Made by a program: the position numbers and the translations under genes. From the human T2T-CHM13v2.0 reference genome, Homo sapiens, in the NCBI RefSeq assembly GCF_009914755.1, contig NC_060932.1: a DNA stretch of 64,000 nt; one strand, 5' to 3'. The notes beneath the pieces are model-generated. The model made no database searches. It saw only the letters and a program-made list of their open reading frames with translations, and was not told the origin of the DNA. Position 1 is the stretch's first letter, and each line of letters starts with the position of its first letter. Below, piece by piece: positions 13,510 to 33,325 of this stretch.

Positions 13510-13960
13510 GAGTAAAAGTGAAAACTGCAGGCTCCAGGGCCAGACTCCCTGCAGCCAAGTTCCACTTCTGCCACTGACCAGCAATGTGGCCTTAAATAAT
13601 TTTCCAAACCTCTGTGAGCTTTAGTTTGTCTTTACAATGGAAATAACAATACTATCTACTCACAGGATTGTTGTAAGGATTGAATGAGTTAATAAACAGC
13701 AAGTGCTTAGAAGAAAGGGCCTGGCTCACGTTAAATGCTCTGTGAGCATTAGCTATTAGTATTGTTGTTGCTGCTGTTGTTGTTGTTACAATAATGAATA
13801 CTTAGTGCCAAGTGCTGGGTTTTACATGTATTGTCTCAGGTAGAAGCTACTGTTATACCCATTTTGCAGATAAGGAAACTTGCCTAGCACCACCCAGTAA
13901 GCTCTAGGGTGGAGACTGCCTTCCTGCCAGGTCAGACAGCCTGTTTTTAATCACTACTCT
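13510..13960. mobile_element. Two MIR copies in opposite orientation
   Basis: ctcacaggattgttgtaaggattgaatgag and cccattttgcagataaggaaact cores. Confidence 0.7.
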
Positions 13961-14334
13961 GCAGTTCCGCCATGTGATGCCAAGATGGCTGGTTAAAGTC
14001 CAGGACAAGGGAAAAAATGGCTGACTAATGCACTAATTGTGTTTCTGCTTCAACCTGCATTTCCAGAGGTGCCTGTTGGTCTGTAATTGGTTCTGGCATG
14101 TTTATAGGTATTACAAAACCAAATCTTATTTTGCATTTCACAGGATTTAAGATGAATAAAGTGATGTGGTTGTGCTAGGTTAGAGTTGTACAAATTATAC
14201 TCCAAGAAACCCCAGTTCCTTCCCCAGAGAGGGTAGAGTGTGATCCCCTAACGTGTATAAAGTTCTGGTACCAGCCAGAACTACCTAAGCTGGAACAACT
14301 CTACTCTCTGTTCTATACACTGAGCTCTTTAGCT

Positions 14335-14992
<658 letters not shown>

Positions 14993-15374
14993 TCTACAAG
15001 TCCCTTCCAGCCTAAACAATCTAGGAATCTCAGACTGCCTGAATGATGTACTCATGTGTTTTATACTAAGGCACCAAACTCAGTCAAGATTTCCCGGAAT
15101 CTTCAACTGTATTTAAGGCATAATATGCTATTAGGAATATATGATTACACCTACCATACTGGACTGAAATTACCTGTTAGATATCTATTTCCCCTGACAT
15201 ACTCTGAGTGCCGTGAAGGCAGGTACCATGCATGTATTATTTAGGTCTGTATTCTCAGTGCCTAGGGCTTAAATAAATGCTTGGAGACTGTTTAATTGGG
15301 CCACACAACCTAAGTGAAATACAAAGCTGAAAATGGAATGTCCTCGCTAAAGGCATTCACCAGTTACAAGCATT

Positions 15375-16132
15375 CATACCTACTAGGATGGCTACTATCA
15401 CAAAAACAGAAAATAACAAGTGTTGGTGACGATATGGAGACATGGGAACTCTTGTGCACTATTGGTGGGAATGTAAACTGGTACAGAATGTAAAATGGAA
15501 AACAGCCTGGCTGTTCCTCAAAAAAGTAAACATGGAATTATTGTATAATCCAGCAATTCCACTTCTGGGTATATATCCCCCGCCCCCCCAAAATTGAAAG
15601 CAGGATCTGGAGCTATTTGTATACCCATATTCATAGCAGCATAATTCATAACAACCAAAAGGTAGAAGCAAACACGTATTCATCCACGGATGACTGGATA
15701 AACAAAATATGATATGTACATACAATGGAATGTTATTTAGCCTCAAAAATGAAGGAAATTTTGATACATGGTATAATAAGGATGAACCTTGAGGACATTA
15801 TGTTAAGTAAGGCAGTAACAAAAAGACAAATATTGTATGATTCCACTTATAAAAGATACCTAGAGTAGTCAAATTCATACAGACAGAAAGTAGAATGGTT
15901 ATTTCCAGGGATGGGAAGGGAGAGGGAAGAGAAGGAGTTGTCATTTGATGGGTACAGAATTTCAATTTTGCAAGATGAAAAGAATTCTGGAGATGGATTT
16001 CGCGGCAATGGTTGCACAACAATGTGAACATACTTAATGCCACTGAATTGTTCTTAAAAACAGTTAACAATAGTAATTTTTATGTTATGCATACTTCACC
16101 ACAATTAAAATATTTTAAAATAAAGATTTTTT
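15375..16132 (+). mobile_element. L1MB-type 3' fragment
   Basis: aaaataacaagtgttggtga, ccagcaattccacttctgggtatata, ggatgaaccttgaggacattatg, aatgtgaacatacttaatgccactgaattg. Confidence 0.88.
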
Positions 16133-17241
16133 AAAAAGCATTCACTACTACCAACCAGAGAAAATATATCAGTCCTCATGGCTTTGAGAAAATAGCTTTG
16201 GAAAAACTTTGGTTCTCAATCTATCCTGCTGCACCTAGGCAGGTACTAGGGGACAGGAGAGGTCAATGCCAAGGTGAGACATGCAGGCACTATCACAGGG
16301 CTGACCAATGCATGCATGGTTCCCGCCTTCAAGGCACTCAGAGTATGTCAGTGGCAATAGATATCTAACAGGTCATTTCAGTCCGATACAGTAAATGTAA
16401 TAATGTATTCTTAGATAGCACATTATACCTTTTTAGAGAGAGCTCCTGTGACAATCCCAGGCCAGAGGGACCCCCTCCTGGGTTCTCTCAAACAGGAAGC
16501 ACTCACAGTCCTCACACATGGTCCCCTACCAGGCTGATCACCAGAACCCCTGGAAAGGCTTCACCCTGTGGGTTCTGATTCCACATCTAGTGGTACAACA
16601 AAGACCATCTTTATTTTTGCAAAGTTGTGCAGGGGGAGCCAGACCTGGGAGCGCCTAATCTATAGCACTTACGTTCTGCCTCATGCCACTGCTTGTCCCA
16701 TCTTCTCATCTGGTTTGCAGACTTCTTGAGGGGAAAGACTGTAACTTATATATCAACCTTGAGAGTCAAAATCATTTGTGGAATAGTTTTTAAGACTGCA
16801 GATGCCTGGGACTCACCACACATCTACTGAATCAGCATCTCTAAGCATCTGTTTTTTAAAAAGCCCCCAAAAGGGACTCTCATACACACTCCTAAAGGGA
16901 GACCTGCTGCCTTAGAGACTATCAGAGTGCTTGATACAGAGAAGCTGTGCAATGTTTGCTGACAGACAAAAGGAAGTCCCTTTGAATAAGACATCTAATA
17001 GGGAAAAGGGATGTGCATTCATCTGTGTTACTTATTCTAATCTTTTTCTATGAATATTCTGCACATGGTTTAGACCACATGATAAATAACTAACAATAAC
17101 AATTAGCATTTAGTAAGCACCTAATATGTGCCAAGTACTATTCATGTGTTTTAGAGGTACTATCCCATTTAATTCTCAAAACAATCGTATGTATGAGGAA
17201 AGTACTGTTATCATCTCCATTTTATAGATAAGGAAGCTGAG

Positions 17242-17621
17242 TGTCTCAGTCCATTTGTCCTGCTCTAATGGAATAACTGAAGCTGGGTAATTAATAAAGA
17301 AAAGAGGTTTATTTGGCTCTTGGTTCTGCAGGTTGCACAAGAAGCCAGCACCTGCTTCTGTGAGGGCCTCAGGTTGCTTCAACTCGTGGCAGAAGGGGAA
17401 GGGGAGCCAGCATGTGCAGAGATCAGATGGTGAGAGAAGGAGGTGGGGGAGGGGCTGGGATCTTTTAAACAAACAGTTGTCACGGGAACTAACAGAGTGA
17501 GAACTCATTCATGAGGGATCCGCCTCCATGACCCAAACATTTCCCATCAGGCCCCACCTTCAAAATTGGGGATCACATTTCAACATGAGGTTTAGAGGGG
17601 TCAAATATCCAAACCATGGCA
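17242..17621 (-). mobile_element. MST (MSTB-like) solo LTR inserted in a MIR
   Basis: ctgggtaattaataaagaaaagaggtttatttggctc...caacatgaggttt...atatccaaaccatggca. 5-bp TSD ctgag/ccgag. The MIR resumes as gaggcacacagaaattaagt. Confidence 0.88.
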
Positions 17622-18112
17622 CCGAGGCACACAGAAATTAAGTCACTTCCTCAAAAATAAACCTTTTTTTTAACATGACAGTTATATTATGAGTGTTCTC
17701 ATAACTTATCTTCTTTTTAATGGCTGCATTATTTTACCCTAATTTGTTTTTCATCCTTCTGCCCCTAATTTGTTAACCCACTGCTCATTGTAGAGCAGGA
17801 TTTTATCTTGTTTGTAGCGGTTTACCATTTTAAATGATGCTCCAATGGATATCTTTGTGCAAGGGCTGTTTGCCATATTCCTGAAAAACTTGCCTTAGGA
17901 AAATCATGAGGAAATGTTCTGATGGTGAACAGTGCTAAACAGTGAGCATGAGTCTTTACTGAGGGGAATGTGCTGAATGGGCCAGGGAAGCCCTTCTCCC
18001 TGGAAGGTATTAAAAGTCTTGGAATACTCCCACAAACAAGCAGCAAACATTTACTGTGGGCCTGGTACTCTTTTAAACATTTGATCCCACCTGGCCCTCA
18101 CAAAGACTCCTA

Positions 18113-19485
<1,373 letters not shown>

Positions 19486-19935
19486 CTCCTAAGGGGTACA
19501 GATGAGATGCCTGGAGGCACAGAGAGGAGGAAATGTATCCAGGCTCACATGACCAGCAAACAGCAGAACCAGGAGAGGAGCCTGGTTTAACCACTTTACC
19601 CACCAGGCCCAGCTTTCCAATCAAGGTATTCTTTCCCCATGACTCCCTCATCAACCATCAGCATAAGAAGCAAAAACTAAGGACAGTAGCAAGAAAGAGC
19701 ATTTCCCATCAACCAGGGACCACACAAGAATGTCCCTGCCGCAGCACAAGAAAAACATCCGTCTCACTTCCCTGGCAAGAAATCTGGAAGCACTCACTCA
19801 GAGTAACACAGAGTTCCTGCCCTCAAGGTGCTCACCCTTTAGATGCTGAGATAAAGTGGAAAGAAAGGGAAGGCAACAACAAGGCCCACCATGCACCAGG
19901 TACTGTGGGCGCTTTCTAATATTACATACGTTTGA

Positions 19936-20675
<740 letters not shown>

Positions 20676-21666
20676 AACATTTTCTAGTCTTTTAGCTCCA
20701 TCAAAGCAGAAGCTGTTTTTGTTTCCCTTGATATCCTGGCAGCTTGCACAGACCCTGGCACTTAGTAGGTCGTCAGAAAAGTGATCAAAAAATAAAGTAT
20801 ACATGTAGTAAAAGGAGGAACCATGTTTTTTATCTCTACTAAGAGACTTGAGCAAATTAGATGCTCAGGAAACATTTGTAGAATGAATACGTTTTCTAAA
20901 AACAAATGAAGGATAAGCTCAAGAAGGCTTTGCCATGAGTCTTATTCATGTATTTCCCCAGGTTTGAGTGTAGGACCTGGCACACAGTCGCTGCTTAATA
21001 AATTTTAAAGGCAGGGAGGGAAAAATGAAGGGAGGGAGGAAGACAAGACCAGCATCATCACTTCCCATCTCTCAGTTTAGCCATAACCTTCCTTCCTTTA
21101 TGTATTTAACTGAAGTATAGTCAATGCTGTGAAACAACCAGTTGAATTTTAAATAGACTCAATTATTTTGAAAGGATTTTCGCAGCAGAACTTGAATACT
21201 GTTTTTCTAAAACACATTTCTTTTTCTTTTACATCCAGAAATCACAAGGCTTCCTAACCCTTCCAACTATGTTAGCAATGCAGAGTTGAGAGGTCAGCCT
21301 TCTGCATTCAGCTCCAGGGACACGTTTCCCGTCCATGTGCAGCATGCATTCCTGATCCCTGCCCTGCAGCCAAAAAGGGACATCAGCTGGGCTCAGGGAA
21401 ATTCAATTTGGGCTGACAGCCTGTGGCATGATAATGACAGGGCGTCTGCTTGACATTTGGAAAGGCAAAAGAGGGAGGAGGAGTCACAGAGGTTTCTCAT
21501 GGGCTTGGTTGAGGAGGGTCTAAAGTTTAGGTCACTTCTTTTCTACATATGGAGAAAAACCTGAACATAAGGCCAACTGATTTCTACTGCTGGCTCAGAA
21601 TTCAGCATTCAATTCCACTTCCATGTGCTGCACTCCTGTCTCCCTTATGGTATTTGGGGTGAATAA

Positions 21667-22096
<430 letters not shown>

Positions 22097-23039
22097 TAAA
22101 TAAGAGGTCCCTGTATACACGTCTTCATAAGTGAAGTCTCTGCTCCTGTGATTCCCTTGTCTTCTACTGAACTCACAAGGGCGAGCACTTGCCTACCCCA
22201 TGGAACATCAGGTAGGTTCACAACTATGACAGTGACAACAAGACAAGAAAAGCTGACCCCTTCTTAGTGCCAGTTAAGCAAAGGATGGGGGGAACTGCTT
22301 TATATTTCTTGATGTAGCCCTCCTGTGGTCAGCTTACCCACTGATGTGGGAACTTTTCCCCCATCAAAGGGGTTGGTTGAGAAGCACATCTGTGTTATTT
22401 CAGCAGATGAGCCTGTGGGGCTGGGTTAGCTTCCATGCCCCTCCTGTGGCCCCAGGGCATCCCATACTGAACCTAACCTGGTGGCTGGTAATCTGAATGG
22501 TATTTACCTCTTTCCTTTTCCTCTAGATAAGAAGCCCCATGAGGGCAGGGTCATGTCTACAGCATGGACCTTTGTATCCCAGGCATCCTAGCCAGGTTAC
22601 TGGCACATAAGTAATAAGCAGTTATCAATACAAGTTAGATGAATGAATCAATCAGTCAGTCAGAGGACTAAAGGTGCTGGCCTTGTGTTACAGCTAAGAG
22701 CACAGGCTTTGGAATCAGGCGAGTGTAGGTTTCACTCATGTTCCACCACTTTTCAGCTACATGACATGTTTTTATTGACATATAAGATACATACACAAAA
22801 TTATCTATGTCATAAGTGTGTCATGCAAGGAACTTTTACACTAATGAAACATCACCCAGATCAGGAAACAGCACATTAGCACAACCACAGAAACCTGCCT
22901 TATGCTTCCTTCAAGTCGCTATCCCCTACCCACCCAAGGGTAGACCATGAATGGCATCTGACAAGTTACTATCCTCTCTGACTCTTATCTTCTATTGGGA
23001 AAAATAGTACTTACTATGCTATGAGTATACAATTTAAAA

Positions 23040-23283
23040 ATAATAATGGTATAGTAGTAATAATAGTAGAAGAGAAGTAGAAGTAGTCACAACAGTAGTA
23101 GCAGCAGCAGAAGTGACAGTAGAAGCAGTAGTGGTAATATTAGTAGAAGCAGCAGTCATGGTAAGAGTAAAAGTATTAATAGTAATAAGTAACAGAAGTA
23201 GCAGTAGTCATATCAGAAGTGGCAGTAGCAGTAGTAGTAGAAGTACTAGAGAGATACTACTAGCAATAGTAGTAGTCATAATA
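23040..23283. repeat. Degenerate (AGT/AGC)n low-complexity tract between MIR pieces
   Basis: agtagtaataatagtagaag...gcagcagcagaag...agtagtagtc. Confidence 0.85.
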
Positions 23284-23559
23284 GCTAGAACTTATATAGC
23301 ACTTACCATGTACCAGGCACTGTTCCAAGTGCTTTAGCTTAACTCAACTAGTGCTCAAAACAACCCTTGTAAGTCTATAAAACAGGAGAGAACAGGAAGA
23401 AGCCGAGGCACAGAGAAGTTAAGTAGCTTTTCAACAAGGTCACAGAACTACGAAACCATGGATCCAGAATGCAAACTCCAGCAGGCTGGCTGCAGAGCCT
23501 ATCCTGTCAGCACGATCTTTCAAGAATGAGTAGTGTGGAGGAAAAGATTTGTCCTCCAA

Positions 23560-24003
23560 TATCTGCTCTCTTCTTCTATAACAATAACTCTCAATTTGGT
23601 AAGCACACAGTCTTGCAGAATAAAGATTACACTTCCCAGCCTTCTTTGCCGCAAAATGTAGCCAGAGAACTAAATTCTGGCCAGTAGAATATAAGTAGGA
23701 ACAGGAGGTGCAACTTCCAGGAAACATCCTTAAAGGATGGGACGTGCCTTTCTCTGTCTCGTTCCTTCCTCCTGCTGTTAGATGTGATGGCTAGAGCAGA
23801 AGCAGCTAAAATGGGGCTGTGAGGTGACCTTGGGAATAGAGGTTCACATGGCAAACAAACTAGAGAAAAAGCCCAGGTCTCTCACAGATTGCTGTAGAAA
23901 ATCTGTGTTACTTGTACCTGAACTTTTAGGTAAGAGAGACACTTCTCTAAGCCAATGTTCTTTTAGATTTTATGTCATTGTCAGCAAAACCTAATTCTAA
24001 TAA
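23560..24003 (+). mobile_element. Old MaLR LTR (MLT1I/J-like)
   Basis: aataaagattacacttcccagcc...aattctggccagtagaatataag...gatgtgatggctagagc. Confidence 0.6.
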
Positions 24004-24426
24004 TGCACTGAGTTATTGCAATTATAATTAATATCACCTGAAAAGATACCTGCAAAATGAATGCCATTTTGTGCTGGACTCTTGACTTAAAAAAAGAAAA
24101 AAACAAAATAAACATGACTTTGGGTAATCCTATAATAGAAAAATTTTGAAAATAAAAGTAAAGCTTCATTTACCCTGGAAGGCGGTATCATGTCTCGATC
24201 ATATCAAAAGCCTCTCAGGTTGGCCTCTCTGCCTCCAGCCTCTCACTTCATCCACCCATTCAGGACACATTTGCTTATCTAATCATCCTTTAAAAACTAT
24301 TTTCAACCTAAAAATTGAAGTAATTACAATGCCCTATGTGCCTACTTTATGTAAAACACTTTACATTTTTTCTAAACTACACAAAAAAAATCTGAAACAT
24401 AAATATTACCCCTTTTTCATGGATAA

Positions 24427-24762
<336 letters not shown>

Positions 24763-25145
24763 GAAAGCCGGTGTCTTGTGTGAGATCACACAGCAAATCA
24801 GTGCCAGGGCCAGGATTCAACCACCCCTTCTAGCACCCACACACTTTCCACTACGCGGACTTCTTAGAAACCCTGGCCCCAACAGGTCAACCCTGTGCCA
24901 GTCAGTCTGCCAGCTTTTTAAGATTCTCAGACTCTACAAGTTTTCCCGGCCTAGCTTTTCATGGTTCTTCCTGTCCAGTCTAATTTTTATCATCCTCTAA
25001 CACAAACTTTCATCCACTGAGGCCAGACTCCTTAGACTCTTCATCATGTGTCCCTACACCAGGCCTCAGTATTCCCAGCTGCAAAATGGAATAAATCATA
25101 TCTCTACCTCTCCCAAGAGGTAACGTGGCATAGGAAAAAAAAAAA

Positions 25146-25823
<678 letters not shown>

Positions 25824-25894
25824 TGAATGTAGAAATTCTTACTTGGCAGGATTGTTGGGAGGAGTAAATGAAATTTTATTTTATTGTACTTTTA

Positions 25895-26187
<293 letters not shown>

Positions 26188-26527
26188 TGAAATGTTTTTA
26201 AAGAACCTAAAACACAGTGGACTCCTATAGCACCTTATAGTGTTGCTGGTGTCACTGTTGTTGCTACTCTTGACTTCTTATAGGCACCACCACCCAGACA
26301 ACTTTCCTTATAAATAAAGGCAATGGATAATGTGACAGAAAACATAGTAGGCAGTCTACACCTGTACAAATGCTAGAGATCTGTTCTCCAATAACAATCG
26401 TGCACACAGTCTCTGTTAGATTCCAGTGCTTGTGTTTGATAAAATTTTGCATTTCAACTCCCAAGAAGAATCCCGCTGTATCTCCCACGCCGAGTTTTCT
26501 GGACAGGATGGGCTAGAGATCACTCAC

Positions 26528-26586
26528 CGATTCCATAGTGAATCTCTCGACGAAAAACTGGAGAGCCTGGAGGCTGAAGATCTCAT
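26528..26586 (-). CDS. ASAP1: ASAP1 first coding segment (59 nt, MRSSASRLSSFSSRDSLWN + 2 nt of Arg codon), phase-2 exon end
   Basis: The reverse complement reads ATG AGA TCT TCA GCC TCC AGG CTC TCC AGT TTT TCG TCG AGA GAT TCA CTA TGG AAT CG|GTGAGTG. The peptide is recognised as the ASAP1/DDEF1 N-terminus (MRSSASRLSSFSSRDSLWNRMPDQ...). Canonical donor at 26527. Confidence 0.96.
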
Positions 26587-26613
26587 GTCTCAGCCGTCAC
26601 ATCAGAAAACGAC
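26587..26613 (-). other. ASAP1: 5'UTR portion (27 nt) of the ASAP1 ATG-containing exon
   Basis: Acceptor CTCTTGTCCCCTTTTTGTCCTGCCCCCTATCCAG|GTCGTTTTCTGATGTGACGGCTGAGAC-ATG, with a strong polypyrimidine tract and AG at 26615-26614. Confidence 0.92.
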
Positions 26614-27574
26614 CTGGATAGGGGGCAGGACAAAAAGGGGACAAGAGTCATCCGGTGAAACTGGGCAGAAGACATTGTCTCAGACCAAGATCGGATTTCA
26701 TATGGAGGCTGCACCTTTGTCAGGAATGTTCTTGCACCACAGAGTGGCTGTCCAGAAATATGAAGGAAACTACTATTTCAGCTTCCTATGGTGGGGCTGA
26801 TACCTCCATCATTGAATCTCTGTGCAAGTAAGTGCTCAGGAATCCTTCTGGCATTCTATTTCTAGCTCTACGTTGGAGAGCAATTTACAAGTCATTAACT
26901 TCTCTAGACCTAGGCTCCTAAACATAAAATTAAAGTGTGCTGATGGATGCGACAGACAGACAGACAGACACCTGCAGCTGGGTGCCCACGAGAAAGCAAA
27001 AGTGTTCACCCGGCAAAGGAAACCAGTTGCAGGAAGAAGGCAGATATAGAAGAATATACATATTTCAGGACAGCCCCTCTGAACCTGGGAGAGGATTTTA
27101 ATTAATTCATGCATACCAAAGCTTAATTAATTGCTGAGTGCACAGAGCACAGGAAGTCTGGGATAAAAGATGTTACATAAGGGAACAGCTTCAATATTTG
27201 CAGAATAGAGGGAAACAGAGGTGGGGATATAAAAATAAATTGAGCCAAGGGACCTCCTTGGCTTTTATCCAGTGATTCCTAGCTCAATGTGGCATCTCCA
27301 TCCAGGGCGAAAAACCGAGAGACATCTCAGTTCCACCATCTCCCTCACCCCCATATCCAATCCATCCCCAATTCATGTCTACTTTACTTCCTAAAGATCT
27401 CTCCACTTATCTCTCCCCACCTCCACTGGTCCAGCTCTGGACCAAGCCTCCATCATTCTTACCTGGGCCACTGCAGCTGCCTCCTAACTGATCTCCCCTC
27501 ATCACCATTTCTCCCTCTGAAATCTAGTCTTCCATGCTGAAAGCAGAATAATCTTTTGTGGGTTTTTTTTTTTT

Positions 27575-27990
27575 TAATCTTTTATTACAGGGAATTGTGT
27601 ACAGACATAAAAACAGAGAAGTGTATCATATACCCCCTGAACCCACCAGCCAGTCTAATCACATTAACCCATAATCATACCCACCACATCCAAACCCTCA
27701 ACCTTCCTGCCCGTGCATTATTATTTTGAGGAAATTTCCAGTCATCTTATCATTTCAGTCATAAATATTACCGCATGGATTTCTAAGATAAGGTCTTTGG
27801 AAAAAAATAACACTGTAAAACCACTACCATACCTTAAAAAGATAGCAATAATTCCTTGATATCATCAAATATTCACACAGTGTTCAAATTCCTAATAGTC
27901 TCATAAATGTCAAAAATGGTGTCTTTAACAAGTGTTTTTTTTTAAAAAACCCAGATCCAAATAAGACTGACACTTAACAATTGAGTGATA
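27575..27990 (-). mobile_element. Old L1M (L1MC-like) 3' fragment inside L2
   Basis: ttattttgaggaaatttccagtcatcttatcattt...caataattccttgatatcatcaaatattcacacagtgttcaaattcc. Confidence 0.6.
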
Positions 27991-28057
27991 TGAAGAATAC
28001 AATTTTGAAAACACAAATTTGATTGTGTCATCCCTCAACTCTCCACCACTAGCTTAA

Positions 28058-28495
<438 letters not shown>

Positions 28496-29279
28496 CATTG
28501 GACATTTTCTTAGATCCTGGAACATGCTGCAGTTGTTCCACCACAGGTCCTTTGCCCATGTTGTTCTCTCTGTCTGGAAGGCTTCCTCTCTCATCTTCAG
28601 TGCCTAGGTAACTCCTGTACTTCCTTAAATATTATATTCTCAGAGAAACTCTGCATCTTCAGATTAGATCATGGAATTTATCTCAGTTTTTAATTATGTT
28701 TCAACGTGAAGACTGATTAATATCTGCTAATTTTCTTCAATTGTAAGCCATGTGGATACAAAGATTGTGTTTGGATTTGTTTATTGGTGTATGTTGCAGC
28801 ACCAACTCTACAATGCCCGGCACAACAATATTAATAAATATTTGTTGGATAAACGATCAAACCATTTCCTTCAAACTTAGATGCCAACAGCAATTGAATC
28901 TTCCTGAGCACTGAATCACAAATTTAAATTAGATGGGGAACTGACAAGCTTATCTTAAAATGCATATGGAAATGCAATGGACTCAGGATAGCCAAAACAA
29001 TCTTGAAAATGAAGAACAATGTTGGACTTCTATTTCCTGACTTTGAAAGAAATCAGGACAGTGTGGTACTGGCATAAGGATAAACATATGCTATCCTTCA
29101 GAATCAAAGATCATGATCTTCCTATAATATTGACCTCCAGAACCCAACTTTACTAAGCACACGCTTATGAAAAATAAGTATCTGTTACTTGCATACATAG
29201 TCAATGCCTCTCCCAGCCTGCTCCTCAGTTTATTATTCTTTTGCTTTCCTTGCTTCACCCAAGTGGAGCAGCTGAGTTA

Positions 29280-29752
29280 GTATGGTAGACTGCATGAGTC
29301 TTCCCAGTTCACTTCCAACATGACTGTGAACTACACATTTCTGCCCTTTGTCATGGGACTTTGTAGTACTTCCCACTAGAGTGAATGGTGTTTACTTCCC
29401 TGTCCCACTGGATTCTGGACTGGATCACTGACTTGCTGTAGCCAATGGAATGTGGCTAGAAGTGACAGTGTGCTGTTCCCAAGTCTATTCCTCTTGCCCT
29501 CTTATGATGCACCACAAAAGGAATATGTCTCCATAGCCGCTGTCTGTTGCTGCCTTTTAGTCTGAACTCAGATCAAAGACATGTGGAGCAGATCCCAATC
29601 AACCACAAGTCCGGCATGAACCAGCCATGCAACTAGATCAGCCAAACCACAACCAACCCATAGATCCTTGAGCATGAAGATACATATCTGCTGTCAAACA
29701 AGCCTCTGAAATCCTGAGGTTTTTGCTACTCAGAAAAAACTGCCTAATTCAC
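29280..29752 (+). mobile_element. MLT1G/H-like LTR
   Basis: gacttgctgtagccaatggaatgtggctagaagtgacagtgtg...aagcctctgaaatcctgaggttttttgctactcag. Confidence 0.6.
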
Positions 29753-30488
29753 ATGGGAATATTAATTTATGAACACCGAGTATCAATAAAGCCATGCACA
29801 TAGACAGCACAAGTATGATGACCACTGACAGCTGTTCTTGCAGAATTCCCACCTCCTTGGTGCCAGTTGGACTCACACAACAATCCTGCAAGGGAGACAC
29901 TGGGCCAGATTTATAGATGAAAAAATCATAACTCACAAGATATGAAATAACGTGTCCAAGACAGTGTGTGGCAGAACTAAGATCCTGACCCGGGTGGTCT
30001 AAAAAACTCCAAGCCAGGCTTCCTCTGCATAAATCATAAAAGGGTCTTGCAGATGCTGCCCCATGAGTCTGTGATGTACCAACCTACCTCCACTCTTGTC
30101 CCATTCCTTCAGTGGGTCTTCATGAGAGGCTGCTGGGGTCGGGGGGAAGGCCACTGGGCCTAACATCAAAAGTTCCAGTCCCAATTCCACCCCTATGGAG
30201 AGCTTCACCCTTGTCAGCGAGCCTCTTTAGCCCTCAGGTTTATGAAATGAGGCCACTAATCCCAGCCTGGCCTACGTCACTAGACCATCGTGAACCTTCA
30301 GAGAGATGAAGTGTGAAAGAGCTGTGTGAGGTGTGACACCATAGTCAGTTCACATTCTGCTGCCTTGACTCTGAACTAATTCGAAGTAGGTTAGCAGCTA
30401 CGTCTATGTCCGTACCTCACCCACAGCACTTGGAGACCCATCTGATGCTCTGAGAATGATTTTTTATTCAAACAGAGATTATTTCTTT

Positions 30489-30691
30489 CTAGTCAAGAAA
30501 GTAATCTAGGTTCATCAGAAAAAATATTAAGGCATAAAATTAAAATCAATTATTATCCCAATACCTGAAGATAAATACTGTTCCTATACTAGTCAAGAAA
30601 GTAATCTAGGTTCATCAGAAAAAATATTAAGGCATAAAATTAAAATCAATTATTATCCCAATACCTGAAGATAAATACTGTTCCTATACTA
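30489..30691. repeat. Perfect 100-bp tandem duplication
   Basis: 30489-30588 is identical to 30589-30688, with CTA overlap at 30689-30691. Confidence 0.97.
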
Positions 30692-31079
30692 AGGCGATTT
30701 CATTTCTGGGACTCTTTTCTTTCTGTTGGTTTTTTGTTGTTGTTGTTGTTAAGGGTAAAACAAAGAATACATTTCAATTACCATAATTTTCTTAGAAGCA
30801 GGGAACTACCCTGTGCCAGGGACTGCTCCTGCTGCCTAAAGACAGAGCAAAGAACAAAAGAAAAGAAAGTTCATGATCTTAAAGGACTAATATTCATTCA
30901 TTCATTCATTATTCTTAAATTCCATAAACATGGGTCACCCACATCCAGTACTGGGCACTGGATGATGATGATGATAATGATGATGACAGCTTCCTTGCCA
31001 GATCCTGTACTCTAACAGTATGACTTATTAAAAGTTGGCCCCTAGAACAAACACATCTGGGTTAGAATCCAGATTATGA

Positions 31080-32811
<1,732 letters not shown>

Positions 32812-32821
32812 GCAACCCCTT

Positions 32822-33325
32822 ATTGTTGTTTTATGTGTCAACTTGACTGGGCTAAAGGATGCCCAGATAGCTGGTAAAACAGCATTTCTGGTTGTGTCTG
32901 TGAGGGTGTTTCTGCAAGAGATTAGCCTTTGAATCAGGAGACTGAGTAAGGAAGAGTACCCTTCCCAACGTGAGTGGGCATCATCCAATCCATTGAAGGC
33001 ATAATATTAATAGAACAGAAAGTAGCAGGAAGGGTGAGTTTGCTCTCTGCTTGAGCTGGGACATGCATCTTCTTTTTTGGACACTGGCGCTCCTGGTTCT
33101 CAGAACTTCAAACATAGACTGGGATTTACACCATCAGTTCCCCTGGTTTTTAGACCTTCGGGCTAGGACTGAATTACACCACTGGCTTTCCTGGTTGTCC
33201 AGCTTCCAGATGGCAGATCAGCCTCCATAATCAATTCCACTTATTATAAGGGTGAGCCAATTCCCTATAATAAATATCCCCTTACATATATCCTATAAAT
33301 TCTGTTTCTCTGAAGAACCCTTTTA
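32822..33325 (+). mobile_element. MLT2 (ERVL) LTR
   Basis: ttttatgtgtcaacttgactgggctaaaggatgcccagatagctggtaaaac...ttctgtttctctgaagaaccc. Confidence 0.85.

Noticed and set aside
26426-26800. 124-aa plus-strand ORF over the exon
   Set aside because: It is the antisense shadow of the true ASAP1 exon, has a non-ATG start, and is not a recognisable protein.
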